This document shows positions 1-10,554 of a DNA stretch of 33,000 bases, piece after piece. The stretch spans positions 16,337,001-16,370,000 of the forward strand of contig OZ249441.1 of assembly GCA_965235115.1 (NCBI GenBank). The letters run 5' to 3'. The DNA comes from Laetmonice hystrix (Eukaryota). The notes beneath the pieces are model-generated. The model was not told the DNA's origin. It saw nothing but the letters and a program-made list of their open reading frames with translations, and searched no databases. Both the position numbers and the translations under genes were made by a program. Position 1 is the first letter of the stretch. Every line of letters starts with the position of its first letter.

Positions 1-763
1 AATACGGATACAGATATTATACAGACAACGTTACTAAGTCCAGTAGACACTCAAAGGTCCAGCCCCTGACTATGCAGTACCCGGACATAATACGGATACA
101 GATATTATACAGACAACGTTACTAAGTCCAGTAGACACTCAAAGGTCCAGCCCCTGACTATGCAGTACCCGGATATAATACGGATACAGATATTATACAG
201 ACAACGTTACTAAGTCCAGTAGACACTCAAAGGTACAACCCCTGACTATGCAGTACCCGGACATAATACGGATACAGATATTATACAGACAACGTTACTA
301 AGTCCAGTAGACACTCAAAGGTCCAGCCCCTGACTATGCAGTACCCGGACATAATACGGATACAGATATTATACAGACAACGTTACTAAGTCCAGTAGAC
401 ACTCAAAGGTACAACCCCTGACTATGCAGTACCCGGACATAATACGGATACAGATATTATACAGACAACGTTACTAAGTCCAGTAGACATTCAAAGGTCC
501 AGCTCCTGACTATGCAGTACGCGGACATAATACGGAGACAGATATTATACAGACAACGTTACTAAGTCCAGTAGACATTCAAAGGTCCAGCTCCTGACTA
601 TGCAGTACGCGGACATAATACGAGTACAGATATTATACAGACAACGTTACTAAGTCCAGTAGACACCCAAAGGTCCAGCCCCTGACTATGCAGTATCCGG
701 ACATAATGCGGATGCAGATATTATACAGACAATGTTACTAAGTCCAGTAGACACTCAAAGGTC
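1..763. repeat. Tandem array, 88-bp unit, ~8.7 copies (truncated by window start)
   Basis: Unit AATACGGATACAGATATTATACAGACAACGTTACTAAGTCCAGTAGACACTCAAAGGTCCAGCCCCTGACTATGCAGTACCCGGACAT recurs at 1, 89, 177, 265, 353, 441, 529, 617 and 705. All units are 88 bp with a few substitutions; no unique spacers. Confidence 0.98.
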
Positions 764-1454
764 GGACAAATGTCAAAATACCATAATCGCACAAAGACGG
801 GAGCTTATCGTGCTAAATTTGGACGACGTTTCTAAGTTGTGTCTGAATTGACCCTACATGACCCATGTTACAAAGGCCAAGAGCATCTAAAGATCAGAGC
901 ACTGGTCACTCCCTCAGACAGGCGGAAATGCCAAAAAAATGGAGCGAAGTGTTTTATAATTACATGCTTAAATGTGCAAAAGCTGCTTTAATCGTGCTCT
1001 TGCAAGGGTGCACAGGAAACCCTTTATAGGCCTGGGGCAAAGGTCAAAAGTCGAATTTAGATAAATAAAAGAGCGGAGGCGAAGGTGGCCATCCTTTGTC
1101 GTCAAACTTAATTTAACAAAGGAAATTAGAGTCTACAATACAGATGAAGTTAGCAGGCAAAGTCCGTTATGTGAACCGACCAAGGAGACTCCAGGAACAG
1201 TGCAGCGCCTTCCCACTGCACACTCCCTTACTGTATCCGGTGGTGTGGTCAGGAGCCAATGGTACATACACAACCAATAAAATATCCACCAGTCTGAATC
1301 CCAGTAAGTTACAGGTGTAAGGTTTCTGTGACTGTCAGTTGGGGTATGCTTGGGTAGCGTTACACCAACAGAGTCGTGCCTTAAAGGGTAGCCAGCAATC
1401 GGTGCTCAGCACAGCGCCACATGACAAGGGTAGTGCTCCCACCGGCTGCACGTT

Positions 1455-1508
1455 GTGTACACGTATTCAACAGTGCTGTCAGTGTACACGTATTCAACAG
1501 TGCTGTCA
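1455..1508. repeat. Perfect 27-bp tandem duplication
   Basis: GTGTACACGTATTCAACAGTGCTGTCA at 1455-1481 and 1482-1508. Confidence 0.95.
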
Positions 1509-3603
1509 GATTATAGTATACGGGCCTTTCTATAAACCTGACGTTTACGTGACCCCCTCATCGCGTAATTGGACCGTGGCTTCCTAATGGGGAGCCATCC
1601 TTTCACTTAGATGCTTCATCTTCGACTTAATACCGTTGAGGATGTGTTGGTTGGTGTTAATTCGATCCTCTGTGAGACTGTTGGATGGGTAAGGCCGGTG
1701 GTGAATACCCTTACAAGACGGGTGGCCACAGCAGCTGCTGTTATAGCAGCTGAGAGCACGGACAACAACCCATCAGCGTGCCAATTGTAAACACATACCA
1801 CTGCTGTGAAGTTGTTCAACACTGCAGTTTACAAACTATCTAACATTGAACGGGTACATTTACTGCCCCCATGTAAACTGTGGCAACGTAAATTTTCCCA
1901 CACTCATCACTCACTGACACTTGGAGACTTTGCCCCCATTTTTCAAACAAGAAATCTTTTAGAAACCGTTTTTACCTTTCAAACGATCACACATTTCGTT
2001 TTAAAACTGGGACCTCCTATCTATACACAATGTCAGATAGTGCAATTGCATATGGTTGGTTCCACACTACCTTTTCAATGTACTACCAAACCCTGGCCAC
2101 ATTTTCATATACTACTTACAGTTTAAAATGCTACAATTAATACCGGGATCTTCATGTCAACACGGCCCATCCGCTACATCATCTTGTCATCATCTGGTCA
2201 TTAAATCAACCCGTTCTCTATCATCTCCATCACAATTAACAATCGATATGTGTGATCACAGCTACAGTGAACTCTATCAGCCCTTCTATCACTCAAGTGT
2301 ACAGTAAAGACCCTTTTATGGTCTTCATCTTACGTTTCAAGTACTAGCGCCATGTTGAATCCCACATCAACCAAACTTAATGATCCACACCGCGAAAGGA
2401 CAATAGGACTTTGTATTTAAGAGGCTTTTTTCCATCTGCTGTGGTAACTTATCGCCCAACTCAAGTACTGGACAGTGATGAGCGCGTGACTTATACATGG
2501 CTGAGTGAGAGTAACTAATATTATTATTGAAATAGGAGATTGAACGGCCTGGAACCTGATTCATCTCATCGACCTTTAGATGCAACTTTCACCAAACTTT
2601 GTAAGGATTGCTTCAAATCAACAAATCAGGTCAAATTCAATTTGAAGCATTTCTTCTTCAATATGAATGGCCATATTACAAGCGATCGAACCACCATATT
2701 AAAATAACATGGGTCAGTCAGGGTGAGTATTCTCCCTCAAATTGGAGTGGAACCTGGCCATACGATTGTAGATGGTCCCTTTTCATATTTGGTCCTGAGG
2801 GCTGCGTGTAGGACGTCAGAAGACATAGTGGCCTCCAGCCAGGCAGTACCCCCCTCTGTGGGCGCCCTGGGCCCGCCGGACTAACCACATATGACACGTT
2901 CATTTTGGCAGCAGCTTGCCCAGTGTCGGTGGAGGCCGGCAGGGAGTTGGCCATTATGGTCAGTGTAAGCTATGATTGCAGGTCATCTGCCTTCTTTATC
3001 AATCTCGACCCAGTGTATAATGCGCATGGCACTGCACTACCAATCCAGCATATCGGTGCCATGCTGGATTAACTTCCAATACCCACAAACCACCAACACA
3101 CTCTCTGGCCATATTTCCACAATCCCAACATAACTTTGAACCAAGCGTGTTACATGAGAAGGTGGCGCGGGCTTGCGTTTGCGTGCAAGTGTAGGTACTG
3201 TCTACGTGTATGCATGCAGCATTTTTAAAAAGGTTCACCAGGGGGAGTGTCTCCCGAGTCCCCCTCCCCCCACTCCTAATAGACAATAATAGAACCGTAG
3301 TGGTCCACCATACGGGTGCCGGGATGGGGGGGGGGGGCGGCCCGTGTACCCCTCCGGGCGGCCAGGCGCCACTCCAGTCACACGGCCCTGTATTGATTAT
3401 ACCCGGCTAACACACGACACCCTATACGGACGTCGTGACCGGGGCACGAGGACGGATGGACCGACTCGGGCCAGATTTATGGGACTCGGGTATTTTTGGT
3501 TGACCAGCCAAGATCCACCCGTCCTGCCGATGTCTCCATCTGATAGTGACACAGATTGGCAGAGTCAGCGAATCGAGCATCGGGATACAACAATAACCAC
3601 GCG

Positions 3604-4578
3604 ACCGTCCCACCACACTCTGGTTCAATCTCCATCCAAAACAGCCCCTCCCACCAACCAACACAACACTTCTTCTAACCGTGCCCACCACACTCTGGTT
3701 CAATCTCCATCCAAAACAGCCCCTCCCACCAACCAACACAACACTTCTTCTAACCGTGCCCACCACACTCTGGTTCAATCTCCATCCAAAACAGCCCCTC
3801 CCACCAACAAAACACAACACTTCATCTAACCGTGCCCACCACACTCTGGTTCAATCTCCATCCAAAACAGCCCTTCCCACCAACCAACACAACACTTCTT
3901 CTAACCGTGCCCATCACACTCTGGTTCAATCTCCATCCAAAACAGCCCTTCCCACCAACCAACACAACACTTCTTCTAACCGTGCCACCACACTCTGGTT
4001 CAATCTCCATCCAAAACAGCCCCTCCCACCAACCAACACAACACTTCTTCTAACCGTCCCACCACACTCTGGTTTAATCTCCATCCAAAACAGCCCCTCC
4101 CACCAACCAACACAACACTTCTTCTAACCGTGTCCACCACACTCTGGTTCAATCTCCATCCAAAACAGCCCTTCCCACCAACACAACACAACACTTCATC
4201 TAACCGTGTCCACCACACTCTGGTTCAATCTCCATCCAAAACAGCCCTTCCCACCAACCAACACAACACTTCTTCTAACCGTGTCCACCACACTCTGGTT
4301 CAAACTCCATCCAAAACAGCCCTTCCCACCAACAAAACACACCACTTCTTCTAACCGTGCCCACCACACTCTGGTTCAATCTCCATCCAAAACAGCCCTT
4401 CGCACCAACCAACACAACACTTCTTCTAACCGTGCCCACCACACTCTGGTTCAATCTCCATCCAAAACAGCCCCTCCCACCAACAAAACACAACACTTCT
4501 TCTAACCGTGCCCACCACACTCTGGTTCAATCTCCATCCAAAACAGCCCTTCCCACCAACCAACACAACACTTCTAAA
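3604..4578. repeat. Tandem array, 74-76-bp C/A-rich unit, 13 copies
   Basis: Unit CCGTGCCCACCACACTCTGGTTCAATCTCCATCCAAAACAGCCCCTCCCACCAACCAACACAACACTTCTTCTAA. The marker CTCTGG lies at 3618, 3693, 3768, 3844, 3919, 3993, 4067, 4142, 4218, 4293, 4369, 4444 and 4520 (periods 75,75,76,75,74,74,75,76,75,76,75,76). This array explains the stacked ORFs at 3344-4644. Confidence 0.98.
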
Positions 4579-7500
4579 CGCCACTCTCCCGGACTAAAAT
4601 TTGTTCAGTCTGAGGAAACTGACTCTAAAGTATTATCCCTATAGACTCTAAAGCTTATCTGCCAACAGTATTAAAGAGCATTGCGTACTGCTATCGCCCC
4701 CTGTGTATTGGTTCCAAACTTTTTCGGAAGAGCGTATACGTCGGCAACAAAATTTGGTCTGAGAAAGCAATTAAGGGTAATCACTTCCTATTATCGACCA
4801 CTGTTTAAATGGGTTCTACGTTAATGGGGCATTAACATGTCTGGGCAGGGCATGAGCCACACTACGTTAAGTTCCAATTTGCTGGAACCTTCATTTCTGA
4901 TAAATGGATACTTGAGTCCGGACGGTATCACTGGGTTCACTCGACTGGTCGCCAGTGTAGCGTTTCCGCGTCACCTTACGACCTCCTTTGTTCTCCCGCG
5001 TGCCTCTGGCATTCAAACTAGCTAGGATGTTAGCTGCTCTGAGTTTAAACTGCCCCCTCCACTAAATATAGGAATTTAATGGAAGAAACACATTTTCAAA
5101 AGATCTTAATAGACAGACTTTGCCATTTAACGTACTTACAACCTAAATCTATTCGAATCGTTAACTTCTTGTTTTATAAATAAACACATCTTGCCTTTTT
5201 ATAAACAGACAGCGTTCCTAGATAGCGTTAGGCGCCTGTCGGTGGTGGAGGACAAGTCAGACAGTCTCCTGCCAATCGTCAACTGTAGCCTTTCTACAGA
5301 ATAGACGAAGGATGATCGCCAGGAGAAATGAGAAGGCGGTAGCGTCGTTCTCAATACCGACTGAAATTGATAAATGTTGATTCTGATTCCAGAACTCGAT
5401 ATGACAGAGAGGCTGGGAAGGAAGCGGACATGGTTGGGAGACTGGAGGCTGGGGCCGTGGTCATCTTGGGCAGAGTAACAATCAATGTTAGTGTTCTCCA
5501 TCGCTGCACTGGTATTGGTCTCCACTCCTCCAAGATACACCCTTCATATTAGACTCCTGTCAATCGCTGCAGCCTCTGCAATCACCAGAAGTCGTCGTCC
5601 AGAAGCTCATCGCACTACATCTCCTCCCTGACCATATATATCCTCTCCCCACCCACCCAACACACCATGCCGACTTCTTCTCATCCCCCTCCCAACAAAC
5701 ACACACCCTGCCCATCAAAGCAACTTTATATACTTCTATCTTTCTCCCGCGTCAGGAGGCAGGGATCTGAGCATTTGGTTCTTGATCCCGCTTTCGGCCC
5801 AGTGGCTGCCAACTCCTCTGGAATGGTGACGGCATATCATGCCTGAACCAGACCACAGCATCATCACACCTCAAAGTCTGGACGAGCCTCAGTGCTATTG
5901 GGGGACGTTTCAGAGCCGAAATCGCATGCGCTTAAAGTAACCCGAACTTTAGTTACGTATTCAAACAACTAAATTAAAGGTAGAAAAAGGAAAGGGTTTG
6001 CCAAACAGCAGAAGGTCCTGTGGGAATGTCTGGACTTGAGGAAAATGGTTAAAAAATATCTTGGACAGAAGCCACATGCATCTGCATGCTTGAAAGTGTA
6101 TCTTTCCTGTCCCTGCCTCTGTAAGTCTGCACCTCCTGCGTGTCTGATCGGCGTTGAAGGCAGTTTTACAGCCAAAAAAGCTTAGCATTTGCACGAACTG
6201 TGGTGCCTTTGAGACCCACGCCGCACCGGGCCACAGATCAACTATTTATGAGAGCCTTCCTTGGAATGTATTTGAGCCGTGCAGCAAGTATTATAAAACA
6301 GATTCATACCTAATATCATATTTTTCGTGCAAACCATGGGTTATTCATGATGGCATCCGCAACCTTGACTAATCCTGACATGCAAAAGCCAGCGTATTGC
6401 TGACCAGTGCCGCCATAAACCCATAACCAGTTGGTGGCAGCCACCAACAGCTTGGCCTGCGTATATCGTTTCTGTCTGGGTGTGTCTCTGTCCTTCCTGC
6501 ACACTAAAACGTACGACTGGCTGGTGCACGCCTGCCGTATAAATCCACCATCGCCATACATCTACGTCGTTGTTTCCCTTCAAGCCCATCAATTTCTTGT
6601 TGCTGTCCCCTTTTTTACCACCAACCATGCATCTGCATGTCCCCTTGGGTTAAACATCTACTCCACACCTACCGTCAATACAGACAAGGCCATTGAGAGG
6701 CCTACAGATGTAGTTTCATCTGGATAGTCAGAGCACCTCATTGATTCAATAGTGATGTTCTTCAGTGAAGAATAACGCCAGGCCAGAGAAGAAATTCAGG
6801 CAAGAACTCAACAATAAATGTATAAAAACTGAGACATTCCCCCTCAATTCAATAACAGGAAGTGGACATGATTGGCTCACTGTACTTTAGTGGTTTCCAT
6901 GCCAACCGGTACGGCCTGGTTGATCTATGACCTTGAGCAGCTCAGCGCGTATTTTGAGGATGTCCCTACGGAAGATAAGGAAGAGCATGAAGAAAGCTAA
7001 ACACTGGCGCGGCTGGTCAGCAGCCAGGGTCCGGTGTGCAGCGGCTAACTCAATAGAGGACATCTCCGGCCGACTTGCCGACTGCTGGCCGGCCAGTCAG
7101 GCGCTGAGATTGCTGGCCTGGGTATTGAATATGAAGCTTCGTTTGCCTCCCTCTCTTGAGTACGGTAAAAAAAGGAGCCGGACCAACCTTTCCTAAATTG
7201 AGCTGGCCTTGGGTTTGGCAGATACCAACTTATGCAGTTTCAAAAGAATCGACTCTGTTACCGAAGCTTTATTATGTCGTGCAAAACGTGTTTACACTTG
7301 GAGCAGTTGTCACGGAATGCAAACTGTAATATTATGGGAGGGACAAGGCGTCTTCTCTGCCTTGCTCACCCTGGCTTTCCCGGCCTGATGCAATGGTCTA
7401 CTAAACGGACTTTACTGTAGTAAGGATCTTGAGAATAGTAAGCTAGCCCCGTTTATTTGAACTATGCATAGATGGCACGGTTTCAGACAGGAAATCTGAC

Positions 7501-8042
7501 CTTGTCCCTTTTGCAATAGATGCCCAGGCTATTCCAGGCCACACAACTTAACTCCAACATACCTTCTAATAAAGATATAAACCTATTTCTTATACTAATC
7601 TATGATTCTCTGGAATAGACCTTGCTGCAATCCCCTACGGCTACCGTATATGCACAGTGGATCACCTGTACTCATGGACTACCGATAGGAAGTCTCCCAC
7701 ACTCTACCTTCCAATCAATAGCTGTATGACAGGTATACGTGCCATTGTTATGGGTAATCTCTAAATGAGATGGAGTCTATGTTAATATCTGTTGGGAATA
7801 TGCAGGGAGGGGAGAGGGCAGAAGACATAAACATCGTATCCGGAAACAACCAAAGGTAGAAAAAGGTCCGACCAAATTAGCGGGGCGGGGTTGTGTTTTT
7901 GGAGGCACTGTCGGAGTGAGCAGTGTGATGAATCGGATCAGGTGGCCATGGCGCCCAGTGATGCCACACCCCTAAAACCTGGGGCGAGGTTCCGCCACTT
8001 GATGGCGTCGCCTCCTCCAGCTAGTCCCGACCGACCGGAGCG

Positions 8043-8105
8043 GCTGGCTGGCTGACAGACAGACAGAGCGAGAGACAGAGGGGGAAACAGACAGCCAGAC
8101 AGACC
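8043..8105. repeat. Degenerate (GGCT)n/(GACA)n low-complexity tract
   Basis: GCTGGCTGGCTGACAGACAGACAGAGCGAGAGACAGAG...ACAGACAGCCAGACAGACC. Confidence 0.7.
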
Positions 8106-9078
8106 GCTGACCGGTCCCAGCTGGTCATCAGTCCCTCTGACGACCCCCTCCTATCGCGAGATGGTGGCGAGAAGTTGGACGGAGACCAATCAGCAGATAC
8201 TCTCAGCTGGCGAATATTCTGGACCAACTCCAATCTGGAAACTAGAAGTAAACTTTGCAACATCGATCAAACTTTGCCCTACATTTAACTTTCCGATTTC
8301 TTAGAAACCTGTGAGTACAGGTATCAAGAAGATTATTTCGGTTTAGGATTCAACTATGACAAAATTTAACAATGGTGTATTGTTGTCTTTTTTTAACAAA
8401 TCATCCATTTGGATTCCATTTACAGTTGGCTTATCAGAACTGGACTTATAGAACGCCATTCTCCTTGCTGACTCTCACCAACAGGAAGGGCCACCGTTCA
8501 CAGTGTAGGTCTGTCGGTATGGTGAAATGCTCCCTTCCAGCTGCTGATACAGGTGTTGCGCAGTTGCCATTGGTGAATAACTGCCATCCATGGCGCCTTG
8601 ATCTACTAATGGACGGCAGAACGGCTGGAATCCATAACCCACAGTTCTGTAAGGAGGACGAGCGTGGCCTGGAGACAACGGGTGTCGTTATCGGCGGCAG
8701 TATGCCACTGAGTAACGGCCGCTAACCGGTCGGCAGGCCTGGGGGCCGTTGCATAAAAAGCCGCTATGTGTACGGGTTCCCGTTAAGTGTCTAACGGGTA
8801 CCCTATCGGGCCAAAGTGTTGCAGAGACCTCAGTGGGAATCCCCGCTAGTGATCAAGTGTTGCAAAGTGCACAGTCGAGCGTGACCCAGCACCCGTTAAC
8901 TGCTCCTCGCGGGCTATTTTGAGATGTTTTTAACCTGTACCTCGGGAGGTGCAGGTTAACACTAACGGGAATCCCGCAAAATGCTGACATGGGTTTTTTT
9001 TTTGTATCTGCATAAGGTCATCGTAATCATTGGGGCGTCGTAATATGTATATTGATCTAACCATTTAATTTGTGATAT

Positions 9079-10554
9079 CAGTGGCGGCGCTAGGGTTATA
9101 TTGGGTGACTCGGGGTAAAATAAAACATAAGTATGAAATATCTCCGTCAGTAATAAACAATCATTTATTGACCATTAGTAAACATATCGCATATTGGCGT
9201 CCGTGTATGTGTAGTGGGTACAGATGGGCCATCGTGCGAATTGTAGTATTGCAGCCGTGTCCTCCATGTGAGTTCACCTGTGACAACGCCCCGGAAAATG
9301 TGTGCCTGACTCTGAAATCCGCAAAGAGAAATCATATCGTTGATAAAAACAGTATAGATACATTTCCACATGTCTAAAGGGCGAAACACATAGGGCGCGT
9401 GCGGCAATCTAAAATACACTGAACGTGGGGTTTTCTGAGCGGCATATGGGCGATTCTCCAACTTGGGAGCAAATTGCAATTTGCAGACATGGAAAAATTT
9501 TTGCATCTTGGAGTATTTTTTTTATCACAAAACTAGATATGTCATGACTCCAAAACAGAAACGAGTAGCGCACTTTTATACGTTTTTGTAACTTTTTTTC
9601 CAACTGCAAATAAGCAACAGAAAGTCGATGTGTAAAATCCATAAAAATCTATTTATTGGTATTTGCTTAATATTAATTTCGACTATTCTTAGGCCTACTC
9701 TTTACTTACGGCTAATTGTATGGGAGCACTTCCAAAATGCTCACAAGAAAATGTTCTGTCATGGAGGTGACTAGGCCTATGTAACGGAGATGATTTTGGT
9801 ATCATTGGTATCAATGAAATTGAAATAAATGTGGTTCAAAAACATTCTATGTGATCTCTTTCATATGCCATTTGTGTTGATCAGTTTCTATGGTTACTTC
9901 TGCTTTTATAGATGTAACGGAGCTGATGGATGAATAAAGCTATAATTTGTTTCTTCACTTTTGTTTAAAATATAGATATATTGAAAGATTCTTCAAGACG
10001 GAAGGTGAACCATGCACCTTTAAGGTTATCTCAGAAAACAAATCATTTTGATTGGTTCCTTAATTACCTCTAATATACAGCAATATAGCTCGAGGATAGC
10101 GGCAGTTAGTTGTAACAGAGTTGATAAAAAAATTCAGGACAGAGCTTTGGGGGTTCAACATGATAAAAGTAGATCTATGGATATATAGGCCTAAACTAAA
10201 ATTTTCAGAACACAAAGTTCTAATTCTGTTCAGTTCAACTCTAAAACCTTATATGAGCCTAAGATTAGATCTATTATAGTGTGGGACAATTTCACATTGC
10301 GGGGGGGGGGGGGGCAAAAGATATTCTCGCCCTTTCTTACTCTTTACTTAAGGCTAATTATATGGGAGCACGTCCAAAATACTCACAAGAAAATGTTCTG
10401 TCATGGAGGTGACTATGTAACGGAGATGATTTTGGTATCATTGGTAAATTTCACATTGGGGGAGGGGGGGGGGGCAAAAGTTTATCTCGCCCCCCTTTAA
10501 AATTCTCGGCGCCCAGGGATCTTACTTTTCGATCCAGTTATTTGACGCCCACTG
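9079..10554. mobile_element. Probable nested non-autonomous DNA element with CAGTG...CACTG termini
   Basis: Starts CAGTGGCGGCG (9079) and ends CGCCCACTG (10554; reverse complement CAGTGGGCG). AT-rich interior with G-runs, distinct from the Harbinger subterminal sequence. No clean TSD (left TGTGATAT, right GTCATTTG), so boundaries and superfamily (hAT-like?) are uncertain. Confidence 0.5.
9696..10446 (+). repeat. Dispersed ~110-bp direct repeat inside the nested element
   Basis: 9696-9810 and 10338-10446 (TACTCTTTACTTA...GGGAGCAC..CCAAAAT.CTCACAAGAAAATGTTCTGTCATGGAGGTGACTA...GATTTTGGTATCATTGGTA) differ by a few substitutions and a 6-bp indel (GGCCTA). Confidence 0.9.

Noticed and set aside
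3042-3070. Perfect 10-bp hairpin AATCCAGCAT-N9-ATGCTGGATT
   Set aside because: One such stem in 33 kb is plausible by chance; no U-tract, CTRR end or other context.
2999-3286. CWDCGNMAREC resembling a gag zinc knuckle
   Set aside because: Lacks the His and the CX2CX4HX4C spacing; no gag or pol context.
6316-6837. Minus-strand frame resembling signal peptide + RQKR + hydrophobic stretch (envelope-like)
   Set aside because: Six stops in the first 92 codons is no fewer than random expectation, and no family motif is recognisable.
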